Of a stretch of 64,000 nt of DNA, positions 32,147-42,224 are shown piece by piece. Where the stretch lies: the NCBI GenBank assembly GCA_028687915.1, contig JAQTZF010000001.1, positions 866,634-930,633 of the forward strand, given 5' to 3'. Both the position numbers and the translations under genes were made by a program. The notes under the pieces were generated by a model. The model was not told the origin of the DNA and did not search any database. It was given only the letters and a program-made list of their open reading frames with translations. The first letter of the stretch is position 1; the number at the start of each line of letters is the position of its first letter. Origin of the DNA: Candidatus Daviesbacteria bacterium (GTDB lineage: Bacteria > Patescibacteriota > Microgenomatia > Daviesbacterales > UBA10151).

Positions 32147-32232
32147 TGGTGCCGAAGGAGGGAGTTGAACCCTCAAGGCCTTGCGGCCAGTAGTTTTTGA
32201 GACTACCGCGTATACCATTCCGCCACTTCGGC
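32147..32232 (-). tRNA. tRNA-Leu(CAA), CCA encoded
   Basis: Reverse complement GCCGAAGTGGCGGAATGGTATACGCG-GTAGT-CTCAAAA-ACTAC-TGGCCGCAAGGCC-TTGAGGGTTCAACTCCCTC-CTTCGGCACCA; long variable arm. Confidence 0.96.
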
Positions 32233-32336
32233 AAGCTCAGTGCTGTAGCACTCAACATAAGGCAAATTATACCTAATTCCGGCATGTTTGTCATGGTAGC
32301 TTGATCTAAGTATCCTATAGGTATATAATTTCGCCT

Positions 32337-33137
32337 ATGTCAGTTAATCAGGAAATGCAAAAATTATTTGTTGCTGAAATAGTTGATAAACATAAAAATC
32401 TAATTAGCACACAACCTGATAGATTATCCACAGTTTCTTGGCAAGATGAAAACGTTGTCAGATCGCATTACGGTTTTCATCCTGAAATCCCAGGATATAC
32501 ATCTGAAGCAGGTCGTTTTCGAAGAAGAGCAGAAGTTGGGATTCAAATAGGTACAGAAGAACCTGTAAATGGTTTCATCAGACAATATGATGAGAGCTAT
32601 TTCTACACTGAAAGTAACAGATCTTTATCTTTAAGATTTGGCCCAAAACAAGGTCAGATGTTCGAAGGGGTATATTTTGATTTTAACTTAGTACTTCTTC
32701 AAAGAAATTTTATATTTTTATTTGATGATAATGGTGATTTAGTAAGTTTTATATTCCGAACACAAAATAATAATCACTCTTATTTATTTGATATTGCTCC
32801 TAAACAACATCAAGAAGATCTTGGAGATCTAAATCAAATGAAGCCTGTTGAAATACATGATACTCGCTACGGTTATATTCTTGAACCTAATCCAGATTCT
32901 TTAACTGTCAGTAGATTTCAAAACAAAAGATTATTAGATAGGATTAAAGTCCGAAGGCCAAATGTAGATAATACCAGAATCATGGAGGAAATTATTCCAC
33001 AAGAACTTTTAGATAACCCTTTTACTGATGATCATGAATTAGACTATTGGCGTATGCAGGACTTATTACCATTTGTTGTTACAGAGTTAGAACAATATCC
33101 GGAAGAAAATCAACAGTCTACTCACCCATATATTTAA
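32337..33137 (+). CDS. Hypothetical protein
   Basis: 266-aa ORF; TATAAT 7 nt before ATG; no motif recognised. Confidence 0.65.
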   Translation: MSVNQEMQKLFVAEIVDKHKNLISTQPDRLSTVSWQDENVVRSHYGFHPEIPGYTSEAGRFRRRAEVGIQIGTEEPVNGFIRQYDESYFYTESNRSLSLRFGPKQGQMFEGVYFDFNLVLLQRNFIFLFDDNGDLVSFIFRTQNNNHSYLFDIAPKQHQEDLGDLNQMKPVEIHDTRYGYILEPNPDSLTVSRFQNKRLLDRIKVRRPNVDNTRIMEEIIPQELLDNPFTDDHELDYWRMQDLLPFVVTELEQYPEENQQSTHPYI

Positions 33138-33348
33138 ATCTTGGGACTGGTTTGCCTTCTACAACAACATTTTCTAAAAACATCTTTTTGGGCCTTATCC
33201 AAACAGCATTAGTACCAAACTCAGGGCTGGTATACATAGCTTTATAGATTACATATTCTTCCAGTGTTTCACTATGAATAGCTTCACCTATTACTTCATA
33301 AGGCTTTCCTTTATAGTGCTGATATTTACCTAACTTAATTTTCTTCAT
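33118..33348 (-). CDS. DUF1653-family protein
   Basis: GKYQHYKGKPYEVIGEAIHSETLEEYVIY..WIRPKKMF..PRF; start ATG 33348. Confidence 0.85.
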   Translation of the reverse strand: MKKIKLGKYQHYKGKPYEVIGEAIHSETLEEYVIYKAMYTSPEFGTNAVWIRPKKMFLENVVVEGKPVPRFKYMGE

Positions 33349-33904
33349 TTGAATCATTAAATATTTTTTCAAATTTAGTTATTGCTATGATCGTACTTGG
33401 ATCAGTAACTAAAGCTCTTGCTTCTTTAATATTTTTCCAGCCTATTTCGGAAAATTCTGTATCCAATCTTTCTTTTTCAGGCGCAAAAGAAGCTTTTGAA
33501 ACTGGAACAAAATACCAAATATCATAATGCTTTATACACTTCATCCTTGGATTATTAGTTGAATTAATTATATTAGCAACAGTAATAAGTCTTGGCTCAC
33601 CTAAATTTTGCAAAGGTATTTGTACACCCCACTCCTCCCCCATCTCCCTAAATAATGTTTCTTCAAGAGCTTCCCCTTTATCTACATGCCCACCATTAAA
33701 CAACCATAACCCAGATTTTTTATGATGACCAATAAAGACTTCTTTGCTGCCAGGGTCATATGCTGCGAAGTACACACAAAAATGGGATAGGACATTTTCA
33801 TCTCTAGTTAAGCCCCCTTCTTCCACTCTATCCAAGTAGTCTTTTGATACAGGTAAATCTGCAAATTTTTTAGCGATAATCTTTACTTGTTCAACCAGTT
33901 TCAT
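33335..33904 (-). CDS. NUDIX hydrolase
   Basis: HHKKSGLW..GGHVDKGEALEETLFREMGEEWG Nudix box; HYDIWY. Confidence 0.85.
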   Translation of the reverse strand: MKLVEQVKIIAKKFADLPVSKDYLDRVEEGGLTRDENVLSHFCVYFAAYDPGSKEVFIGHHKKSGLWLFNGGHVDKGEALEETLFREMGEEWGVQIPLQNLGEPRLITVANIINSTNNPRMKCIKHYDIWYFVPVSKASFAPEKERLDTEFSEIGWKNIKEARALVTDPSTIIAITKFEKIFNDSNEEN

Positions 33905-33913
33905 TTTTTAGGA

Positions 33914-35266
33914 TTATTTACCAGCTGGTTCTTCATGAGCTGGAGGTCTGCCTCGTCCTCTTTCCATACCATAAAACTTTACTTTTTCCGGGATAAACAT
34001 TAACTTTATTTCCCCTGTTGGACCATTTCTGTGCTTTTGAATATCTAAAGTTGTATCTTTCATATTATCCGGGTCCTCACGGTAGATAAACATGACAACA
34101 TCAGCGTCTTGTTCAATTGCTCCAGATTCACGAAGATCTGCCAATTGTGGTCTTCTTGATCCCCTTGATTCAACAGCCCGGGATAACTGGGAACAACAAA
34201 GAACAGGCACTTTTAATTCCCTGGCTAAATTCTTAAGCCCCTGAGAAATTTCTGAAACTTCCTGTACCCTATTTTCTTGTCCTCTTCCATGAATTAACTG
34301 TAAATAATCGATAACCAAAAGCTTCAAACCATGTTCCATTTGTAGCCTTCTGGCTTTAGTTCTGATTTCTGCCAAAGATAAACCCGGAGTATCATCAATA
34401 AAAAGTGGTGCTTCTGCCAATTCTCCATAAGCATGGGAAATTTTATCAAAATCACTATCATCCAATTTACCTGTTTTTAACTTCCAGGCTTCAATTTCTG
34501 ATTTTGAAACAATAATTCTGTCCACCAATTCTTCCTGAGACATTTCAAGAGAAAAAATTCCCACAGGAAGTCCTGCTCTAACAGCTACATACTCTGCCAC
34601 ATTTAAAACAAATGATGTTTTTCCCTGTCCAGGACGTGCCGCAAAAATAATCAAATTAGATTCCTGCATTCCTGCTAATTTACTATCCAAATCCTTAAAC
34701 CCTGTAGGTACTCCACGTAATTTTCCAGAAGATTTTTGTAACTCATCCAAACGATCAAAAGAGATAGTTAATAAATCCTTAAGAGGCATGAAATCACGTT
34801 TTAAACTTGCCTGGGAAAGAGAAAAAATTCCCTGTTCTGCACTTTCCAGTAATGTTGCAACAGGAACAGTTTCATCATAGGCAGTCTCAACTAGCTTAGT
34901 AGCCTGAGAAATCAGTCCACGCCTTATGGCATGTTCTTTAATAATCCTGGCATAATGTTCAATGTGAGCAGAAGTTGGAACAATATTTACCAAAGTTGTA
35001 AGATATGCTGATCCACCAACAATATCTAGACATTCCACTTGTCGAAGCTTCTCTGTCACTGTAACTAAATCAATTGGCTCTCGTTTATCATAAAGATCCA
35101 TAATAGCTTCATAGATCTTTCCATGTTGTTCTGAACGATAAAAATGGTAAGAAGAAACCATTTCAGCAATTTTTATAACAGCATCTTTATCAATTAAAAG
35201 TGCACCAAGAAGGGATTGTTCTGCTTCAATATTTTGTGGTGGAAGTTTATTTATTTGATTTGCCAT
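33914..35266 (-). CDS. dnaB: Replicative DNA helicase
   Basis: PPQNIEAEQSLLG, AARPGQGKT, IDYLQL, SQLSR, DLRESGAIEQDAD, KHRNGPTG; no intein. Confidence 0.97.
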   Translation of the reverse strand: MANQINKLPPQNIEAEQSLLGALLIDKDAVIKIAEMVSSYHFYRSEQHGKIYEAIMDLYDKREPIDLVTVTEKLRQVECLDIVGGSAYLTTLVNIVPTSAHIEHYARIIKEHAIRRGLISQATKLVETAYDETVPVATLLESAEQGIFSLSQASLKRDFMPLKDLLTISFDRLDELQKSSGKLRGVPTGFKDLDSKLAGMQESNLIIFAARPGQGKTSFVLNVAEYVAVRAGLPVGIFSLEMSQEELVDRIIVSKSEIEAWKLKTGKLDDSDFDKISHAYGELAEAPLFIDDTPGLSLAEIRTKARRLQMEHGLKLLVIDYLQLIHGRGQENRVQEVSEISQGLKNLARELKVPVLCCSQLSRAVESRGSRRPQLADLRESGAIEQDADVVMFIYREDPDNMKDTTLDIQKHRNGPTGEIKLMFIPEKVKFYGMERGRGRPPAHEEPAGK

Positions 35267-35282
35267 AATAGTGGTCAGCTAT

Positions 35283-35930
35283 TTAGCTTTTTGCTAATAC
35301 CACAACAGTGGTGGTGTCTGGCAGTTTATCCTTTGTAATTGATAACTTTGATTGAGGTTCAATATTTTCTGCAGCCATTTCTTTTAAGAATGGTTCAACA
35401 TCTCCCAGGTCAAACTTTAAGCCCGGTTCTTTATAATGCATTGGGATTACTATTTTTGGTTCAAGCTGAGCAATAACCTTAACTGCATCTTCACCTTCTA
35501 TGGTAGGACCTCCACCAACTGGAATCATTACAATATCAGACTGATCAATTAAGCTAAGTTGTTCCTCTGTTAAAACATGACCTAAATCACCCAAATGAAT
35601 TATATTAATTCCATCCATAAAGATATGATAGATTGTATTAATGCCTCTTTCACTTCCTTTAACATTATCGTGAAATGTTCTTATACCAACAATAGTAACT
35701 CCTGCTTTTTCATATTCCCCAGGTCCGCTAACTAAAAGAGGATCACCAGTTACAGCTTCTGTATAATTATGATCTTTATGTTCATGTGTTGATAAAGCAA
35801 CATCTGCTGCTAAATCTTTGGAGAGTTTTAATCCGGTAAATTCAGGATCAAATGGATCAATAATTACTGTAGCTGATTTACCTTTTATTTTAAAACAGGA
35901 GTGTCCTAACCAATGAATATCCATGGCCAC
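35283..35930 (-). CDS. MBL-fold metallo-hydrolase
   Basis: WLGHSCF, THEHKDHN, HLGDLGH, IPMHY. Confidence 0.88.
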   Translation of the reverse strand: MAMDIHWLGHSCFKIKGKSATVIIDPFDPEFTGLKLSKDLAADVALSTHEHKDHNYTEAVTGDPLLVSGPGEYEKAGVTIVGIRTFHDNVKGSERGINTIYHIFMDGINIIHLGDLGHVLTEEQLSLIDQSDIVMIPVGGGPTIEGEDAVKVIAQLEPKIVIPMHYKEPGLKFDLGDVEPFLKEMAAENIEPQSKLSITKDKLPDTTTVVVLAKS

Positions 35931-36051
35931 ATGTTAACATAATATTTGATTTAATCACAAGTAGGATATAGGGTATAATGTATCGGTGCATCTGACCCGA
36001 TTAAAAGGAAATACAGTACAAAATGAACCTAAAAATAGGTTTAAACAATAT

Positions 36052-36477
36052 ATGAATAAAAAATTAAGTTCAAGCTTTTTTATCTTTTCAATGATTGCTA
36101 TTTTAGTAGTAACCTGTGGCTTTTTTATCAGCTTAAACTTTTTTGTTAATCCCTTACAAAAACAAATAACTGCTCTAAATTACCAGCCTGTTACCAATAA
36201 ACCAGTTAGTCTTACATTAAATTTATCCAATCCTGATGATAACTTATTAGTCTTTGATCCAAACCTGCTAATAGCAGGTCAGTCTGGCTCCGGAACATTA
36301 ATTTTAGTTACAGTAAATGATAACAACCAAACTCTTAATGCTTCTGAAAAAGGAGATTTTTCTTTAACTGTTAAACTACAACCAGGCAGTAACCAGATTG
36401 TAGTTTCTGCTTTTGATGAATTAGGCAACTATAAAAGTGAAGAACGTTCAATCTATTATTCAGAGGAAAAAATATGA
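36052..36477 (+). CDS. Membrane-anchored Ig-like protein
   Basis: N-terminal TM; GDFSLTVKLQPGSNQIVVSAFDELGN; start uncertain (ORF opens at 35986). Confidence 0.6.
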   Translation: MNKKLSSSFFIFSMIAILVVTCGFFISLNFFVNPLQKQITALNYQPVTNKPVSLTLNLSNPDDNLLVFDPNLLIAGQSGSGTLILVTVNDNNQTLNASEKGDFSLTVKLQPGSNQIVVSAFDELGNYKSEERSIYYSEEKI

Positions 36478-37184
36478 TAAAAAAACTTATTCTTTATTTT
36501 TGTTATTTATTCTTAATTCTTAATTCTTTAATCTTTATCCCTGTTGCCAAAGCAGCAGACTCCTCCCCCAGTGCCAGTATTCAATCAAAATTAAAAGCTC
36601 TTCAGGAAGAGATTGCATCCCGGGCTGCAAATATTAAGAATGAAGTTAGTAAGAAACTTTTTAACAGGGCTTATGTAGGAACTGTTAAAAACAAAGATAC
36701 TAATTCTATAACAGTTACCCTTAAATCAAACTCAGGAAATATTAATACAAATGAATTTACAGAATATGTAATTAAATCAAAGACACTAATCGGTAGTAGT
36801 GGCTTAAAAAATATTACAACCTCAGACTCCATAGCTGCTTTAGGAGATATTGATGATAAGGGTGTTTTAACAGCTAAAAGGATTATTAAACTAACAAAGC
36901 CTAATAACCCCAAAAAAGTAATCTATGGTAAATTAACTTCTGTTGCTACATCATCAGCCACTTTAAAAGACTTCCAGGATAATCAATTTTCAATTACTTT
37001 TGATAAAAACACAGACTATCAGGTTGAAAAATCAAAAGGCATCTTTAATGATATAAAAGTAAATACACTGATTATTGCTGTTACAGAGCAAACAACCCCG
37101 GATACACTCTTAACTAAATTTGTTTATATTCTTCCTGGTGGATTAAAGATTAAGAATTCTACTTCTTCTGCTAAAACCCCTTAA
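36474..37184 (+). CDS. Secreted protein with two OB-like (DUF5666-like) repeats
   Basis: Signal peptide ..VAKA; two G-x-V..SITV..T-x-Y..A-x-G repeats. Confidence 0.55.
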   Translation: MIKKLILYFCYLFLILNSLIFIPVAKAADSSPSASIQSKLKALQEEIASRAANIKNEVSKKLFNRAYVGTVKNKDTNSITVTLKSNSGNINTNEFTEYVIKSKTLIGSSGLKNITTSDSIAALGDIDDKGVLTAKRIIKLTKPNNPKKVIYGKLTSVATSSATLKDFQDNQFSITFDKNTDYQVEKSKGIFNDIKVNTLIIAVTEQTTPDTLLTKFVYILPGGLKIKNSTSSAKTP

Positions 37185-38278
37185 AGATATTCTTCCATTT
37201 TCTCTTCTTTTAATTTCTCAATTACTTTTTTAACATCCTGTGTTTTATCTTTATGACAAATTAAAATGGCATCTTTGGTATCAACCACAATAATATCTTT
37301 TAATCCTATTACAGCAATTAATTTTTGATTACCCTGAATTAAACATTCTTCACTGTTTATGTTTACTAATAAATCTTCTACCCCATCAACTACATTGCCA
37401 TTCTCATCTTTTTTCTTGGTATCATAAATTACTTTCCAATCCCCCACATCATTCCAACCAAAATCCCCTGGAATAACCACAAGGTTATTAACTCTCTCAG
37501 ATACAGCCACATCAATTTGAACATTCTCTGCATCTTCATACACCTTTTGTGTGACTCCTTTTGATTCTTTTGTATCTAAGGATTGAAAAATTTGTTCTAA
37601 GCCACGATTCAGGCCCGGTGCATGTTTAGCGATTGCATTAGCAAGTGCTTCAACCGACCAACAATAAAGGTTTGCATTCCACAAATATTTACCAGAATTC
37701 AAAAATGTTTGGGCTGTTTCAATGTCTGGTTTTTCCTTAAATCCATCACACTTATAAACAAAATGTTTTGCAGTGGAGTAATCCTTTAAAGCCTGTCCTG
37801 TCTTTATATAACCCAAACCTGTATGGGCAAAGGTAGGCTTAATCCCAATTGAAACCAGATGGTTATCTGCTGCCGCCACCCCTAAAGCTAGCTCAATAGT
37901 ATTACAAAAAGCTTCTTCATCCTCAATTAATTGATCTGCAGCCAAATTAACCACCACTGCCATCGGATCTATCTTTCGAATCACAGTTGAGGCTAAACCC
38001 ATAGCTAAAGCAGTGTTTTTGCTCATAGGCTCAGCAATAATATTTTCTTCCAGCAACCCTGGAAGCTGCTCTTTAATATCTTTGACATAATTTTCTAAAG
38101 TTATCAGGTAGATTCTTTCTTTAGGAATAAGGGGTTTAATTCGATCATATGTTTGCTGAACCATGGTTCTTTTACCATAAAGCTTTAGCAAATGTTTAGG
38201 TGTTTTCTTGCGGGATTTTGGCCACAATCTGGTCCCTCCACCGCCTGCAAGAATCACAGCATAAAAATGCTCATTCAT
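37181..38278 (-). CDS. manC: Mannose-1-phosphate guanylyltransferase
   Basis: ILAGGGGTRLWPKSRKKTPK, EPMSKNTA, GYIK, FKEKP, GWNDVGDW; start ATG 38278. Confidence 0.9.
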   Translation of the reverse strand: MNEHFYAVILAGGGGTRLWPKSRKKTPKHLLKLYGKRTMVQQTYDRIKPLIPKERIYLITLENYVKDIKEQLPGLLEENIIAEPMSKNTALAMGLASTVIRKIDPMAVVVNLAADQLIEDEEAFCNTIELALGVAAADNHLVSIGIKPTFAHTGLGYIKTGQALKDYSTAKHFVYKCDGFKEKPDIETAQTFLNSGKYLWNANLYCWSVEALANAIAKHAPGLNRGLEQIFQSLDTKESKGVTQKVYEDAENVQIDVAVSERVNNLVVIPGDFGWNDVGDWKVIYDTKKKDENGNVVDGVEDLLVNINSEECLIQGNQKLIAVIGLKDIIVVDTKDAILICHKDKTQDVKKVIEKLKEEKMEEYL

Positions 38279-38364
38279 ATAAGAGATACTATACATAACT
38301 TCTTTTAGTAAAAACAATAGGCTTTTTTGCTCTAATACTAGTTTTTATGAGATAATAACCTAAT

Positions 38365-39627
38365 ATGAAACAAATTATTTCACCAGTAAAAGGCACCCGA
38401 GACTTTTATCCGGAACAAATGGCTTTCCGGAACTGGCTCTATGAAAAAATTCAAACTTTGAGTCAAAAATATGGATATCAGGAATATGATGGACCTGTTT
38501 TAGAATATCTTGACCTTTATACAAATAAAACAAGTGAAGAAATATTAAAAACACAGGCTTTTACCTTACAGGACCGCGATGGACGCTCTCTAATCCTGCG
38601 CCCGGAGCTTACCCCTACTTTTGCCCGAATGGTTGCCCAAAAAGCTGAGCAATTACCCAAAGAAATACGTTGGTTCTCTTTTGGCAGAGCCTGGAGATAT
38701 GAGCAACCACAAAAAGGACGAGGCAGAGAATTTTTTCAGTGGGAAATTAATCTTTTAGGACCGGAAAGTCCGGAAGCTGATGCTGAAATTTTGGCGATAG
38801 CAGCAGATTACCTAAAATCCCTGAATCTTACTTCAAAAGAAGTAGTTATCAAGGTTAGTGATAGGAGCTTTATGCAGGAAGAATTAAAATCCTTTGGTTT
38901 AACAGAAGAACAAATTATGCCTGTTTTTAGAATTATCGACCGCAAAAATAAAATTTCTGCAGAACAATTTAATCAGGATCTAGCCAAAGAAGGTATAAGT
39001 TTAGAACAAGCCAAAAAAATTGAAAAACTTTTAAGTGAGAAAAATTTCTCTAAATCACCATGGCTTTCTAAGATTTTTGAATCCTTAAAGTTATATGAAG
39101 ATATTTTTGAGTATTTTGAATTTGATCCTACTATTATCCGTGGTTTTGATTATTACACAAAAACTGTTTTTGAAGCCTGGGATAGAGGTGAAGGATTTAA
39201 AAGAGCCTTATTTGGAGGAGGAAGATTTGATAATTTAACTTCACAAATAGGTGGTCCAAAAGTCCCTGGTGTGGGTATGGCTCCTGGTGATTATGCTGCT
39301 CAGGTAATTTTAGAGGAATATGGGAAAATGCCAAATATTTCTCCCAAAACTGCTGCTGTTTTAGTAACTGTTTTTAATCCTGAACTATCTTCAGAATCCT
39401 TAAAATTAGCAGCTAAGCTGCGAAAAGCTAATATTAATACAGAACTTTGGGCAGAAAATGAAGCTAAACTGGATAAACAGTTAAAATATGCTGATCAAAA
39501 AGGTATTCCTTATGTAATTATTATTGGCCCGGAAGAAGCAGAAAATAAAACATATACCTTAAAAAACTTATCAGCTAAATCTCAGGAGGTATTATCTCTT
39601 GATGAAATCACCCGCAAATTATCCTAA
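38365..39627 (+). CDS. hisS: Histidine--tRNA ligase
   Basis: KGTRDF, LRPELT, RYEQPQKGRGREFFQ, RGFDYYT, GGGRFD. Confidence 0.96.
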   Translation: MKQIISPVKGTRDFYPEQMAFRNWLYEKIQTLSQKYGYQEYDGPVLEYLDLYTNKTSEEILKTQAFTLQDRDGRSLILRPELTPTFARMVAQKAEQLPKEIRWFSFGRAWRYEQPQKGRGREFFQWEINLLGPESPEADAEILAIAADYLKSLNLTSKEVVIKVSDRSFMQEELKSFGLTEEQIMPVFRIIDRKNKISAEQFNQDLAKEGISLEQAKKIEKLLSEKNFSKSPWLSKIFESLKLYEDIFEYFEFDPTIIRGFDYYTKTVFEAWDRGEGFKRALFGGGRFDNLTSQIGGPKVPGVGMAPGDYAAQVILEEYGKMPNISPKTAAVLVTVFNPELSSESLKLAAKLRKANINTELWAENEAKLDKQLKYADQKGIPYVIIIGPEEAENKTYTLKNLSAKSQEVLSLDEITRKLS

Positions 39628-39636
39628 TATAAATAT

Positions 39637-40668
39637 ATGACTTCTCAAATTTTTACAAAAAGCTGGCCCTATACAGCTATAATTTTAGCTCATCTTATCT
39701 GGGGTGTTAATTTTGTAGTAGTTAAATTAACTATTCAGGAAATTCCCCCAATGTCCCTGGCTTTTATTAAATTCACTGCTGCAGCACTACTTTTATTACC
39801 ATTCTTAATTATTTCCGGAGATGCTCCCTGGACTAATTTACGAAGGTTATTTAAATTTTTACCCCAGGCAAATAGCCCTAAAAAAGACTCTATAGATTTA
39901 TTGGAAGGACAAACACAAAAGTTTTTTGATCGCCGCGATACTCTTAAAGTAATTGCAGTTGGAGTTTTAATGATCACCTTAAACACAGCTTTTTTCTTTT
40001 TGGGGCTTGAGAGAACTACAGTCTCATCAGCTTCAATTTTAACCTTAGTTATTCCTATAATTTCTATTCTAATAGGATGGGCTGTTCTTAAGGAAAAAGT
40101 ATATGTAGTTAATGTTTTTGGTGTTTTGGCAGGTCTTTTTGGTACTATTGCTGTTTTAGGTATTCCCCTAATTTCAATTGGTGCAGGTTTATCAACAAAC
40201 ACTATGATTGGAAATTTTTTAATTATTTTAGCTGCTGTATGTTGGGTAATAGGAGCTTTATTTTCTAAACAGCTGTTACAAAAATACTCCACCTTAACAA
40301 TATCTTTCTTAATTTTTTGTGTTGGGTCTGTAACTTTTTTAATTCCTGCTATAAATGAATTTATACAAAATCCTACCTGGTATCAAAATGTTACATATTT
40401 AGGCATGTTTGGTGTTATATATATGACTTTAGCCTCTTCTATTTGTGGCTATTTCTTGTTTACCTGGAGTTTAGATCAAATTGGTGTTGCCAAGGCTGAC
40501 TTTTTCCAATACTTAGAGCCGGTAGTAGCTATTAGCTTAGGCATACTTACACTTGGTGAAGAACTCCGTTATTCATACGTTTTGGGAGCAATTTTAATCA
40601 TGCTGGGAGCCTATTGGAGTACATTAGCTAAAACACAGCATAAGCATCCCAAATACCACAGGCATTAA
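39637..40668 (+). CDS. DMT/EamA family transporter
   Basis: IWGVNF; two 5-TM halves ending LKEK and LGEEL; YLEPVVA. Confidence 0.88.
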   Translation: MTSQIFTKSWPYTAIILAHLIWGVNFVVVKLTIQEIPPMSLAFIKFTAAALLLLPFLIISGDAPWTNLRRLFKFLPQANSPKKDSIDLLEGQTQKFFDRRDTLKVIAVGVLMITLNTAFFFLGLERTTVSSASILTLVIPIISILIGWAVLKEKVYVVNVFGVLAGLFGTIAVLGIPLISIGAGLSTNTMIGNFLIILAAVCWVIGALFSKQLLQKYSTLTISFLIFCVGSVTFLIPAINEFIQNPTWYQNVTYLGMFGVIYMTLASSICGYFLFTWSLDQIGVAKADFFQYLEPVVAISLGILTLGEELRYSYVLGAILIMLGAYWSTLAKTQHKHPKYHRH

Positions 40669-40767
40669 TTAAGGCTAGCTTCTTAAAAGAAATTCTGCTA
40701 TAATTACTACTTATAAGCAGAGCTTGAAATTTTTTAATTTTAAGTTTTGTGATAGAATCAAAAAATT

Positions 40768-41094
40768 ATGAAAGCAAATATACATCCAACTTGGAATACC
40801 GACGCCAAAATCACCTGTGTTTGTGGTAATACTTTTACTGCAGGTTCAACACAAGAACAAATTAGGGTGGAAATTTGTTCTGCTTGTCACCCATTTTTTA
40901 CTGGCCAACAAAAGTTTGTTGATACACAGGGACAAGTTGAAAAATTCAGCAAGGCCTTAGAAGTTTCTAAAGCTAAAAAAGAAAGCAGAGAAAAGATCCT
41001 TGAAAACAGAGCTATGAAAGTTGCTGTTGAAAAAACAGAAAAACCATCACTCAGAGATCTTCTTATGCAAGCCCGCAAAAAATCCGCTTCCTAG
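40768..41094 (+). CDS. rpmE: 50S ribosomal protein L31 with C-terminal extension
   Basis: [31 protein letters not shown]. Confidence 0.95.
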   Translation: MKANIHPTWNTDAKITCVCGNTFTAGSTQEQIRVEICSACHPFFTGQQKFVDTQGQVEKFSKALEVSKAKKESREKILENRAMKVAVEKTEKPSLRDLLMQARKKSAS

Positions 41095-41100
41095 CTCCAC

Positions 41101-41162
41101 TGTCATCCTGAACAGAGTGAAGGATCTAGATTCTTCTGGTCCGCTGGACCATCAGAATGACA
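41101..41162. repeat. 62-bp palindromic element (REP/RPE-like)
   Basis: Terminal IR TGTCATCCTGA..TCAGAATGACA; internal GAAGGATCT/AGATTCTTC and TGGTCC-GCT-GGACCA. Confidence 0.8.
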
Positions 41163-41178
41163 ATAGTATAATTAACCA

Positions 41179-42120
41179 ATGGACAACTATCTTGAACAAC
41201 AAATTAAAGACATTGACCTTAAACTTGAAGAAGCCAATAAACTTCTACAAGACCCGGAACTTTGTGACTTAGCCAAAATGGAAATTGAGGAACTTTTAGC
41301 ACAAAAACAAGAATTAATTGATTCTGCTTCCACCCCTATGCAGTCAGATAATGAAGAAGAGGAAGACTTTGAATCTGATATTAATCCAAACATTGCCATC
41401 CTGGAAATTAGATCTGCTGCCGGAGGAGATGAAGCCGGACTTTTTGCCGGAGATCTACTTCGTATGTATACCAGATTTATTCAAAACAATAATTGGAAAA
41501 TGGAGGAATTAAACCGTTCAGAAGGAAAATTAGGGCAAATTAAGGAAATTGTATTAAAAATTAATGGTAAAGGTGCCTATGATAGCTTAAAGTATGAATC
41601 CGGCGTTCATCGTGTGCAACGCGTGCCTACCACAGAATCCGGAGGCAGAATCCATACTTCTACAGCCACTGTGGCTGTGTTACCGGAAGTTAATCCCACC
41701 CAAATAAATATTAATCCTGCAGATATAGAATTTGATTCTTTCAGGTCTGGCGGAGCTGGAGGACAAAATGTTAATAAGGTTAATACTGCAGTAAGAATTA
41801 AACATATTCCAACAGGGATTGTGGTAACAGCCCAAACAGAAAGGTCACAACTTCAAAACAGAGAAAATGCTATGAATTTACTTCGGGCAAAGCTTTGGGA
41901 TATTGAAAATGCAGAGAAAATGAGCCGGGTTGGTGGACAAAGAGCTATTCAGGTAGGATCCGGTGAAAGATCAGAAAAAATCAGAACATATAATTTTCCT
42001 CAAAATAGAATTACAGATCATAGAATTGGTAAATCATGGCATAATTTAGAAACTATTTTAGAGGGTAATCTACAACCTGTAATTAAAGCACTACAGGAAA
42101 GTGAGGAAGAATTAACCTAA
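41179..42120 (+). CDS. prfA: Peptide chain release factor 1
   Basis: [19 protein letters not shown] (PxT), [29 protein letters not shown]. Confidence 0.95.
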   Translation: MDNYLEQQIKDIDLKLEEANKLLQDPELCDLAKMEIEELLAQKQELIDSASTPMQSDNEEEEDFESDINPNIAILEIRSAAGGDEAGLFAGDLLRMYTRFIQNNNWKMEELNRSEGKLGQIKEIVLKINGKGAYDSLKYESGVHRVQRVPTTESGGRIHTSTATVAVLPEVNPTQININPADIEFDSFRSGGAGGQNVNKVNTAVRIKHIPTGIVVTAQTERSQLQNRENAMNLLRAKLWDIENAEKMSRVGGQRAIQVGSGERSEKIRTYNFPQNRITDHRIGKSWHNLETILEGNLQPVIKALQESEEELT

Positions 42121-42159
42121 TTTCTAAAGAGCATAAGCTCGCAAGCTTCGCTTATTACT

Positions 42160-42218
42160 CTAATTTCTAAGTTAAACATTATTTAGATCAATTAGAATAA
42201 TTAGGTCAATTAGAAATT
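42160..42218. repeat. Degenerate 9-bp AATTAG-containing repeats between prfA and prmC
   Basis: AATTAGAAT AATTAGGTC AATTAGAAA, with inverse copy CTAATTTCTAA. Confidence 0.5.
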
Positions 42219-42224
42219 CATTCT

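Noticed and set aside
32147-33137. tRNA-Leu as an integration site
   Set aside because: No integrase and no duplicated tRNA 3' end seen; the orphan gene lies on the tRNA 5' side
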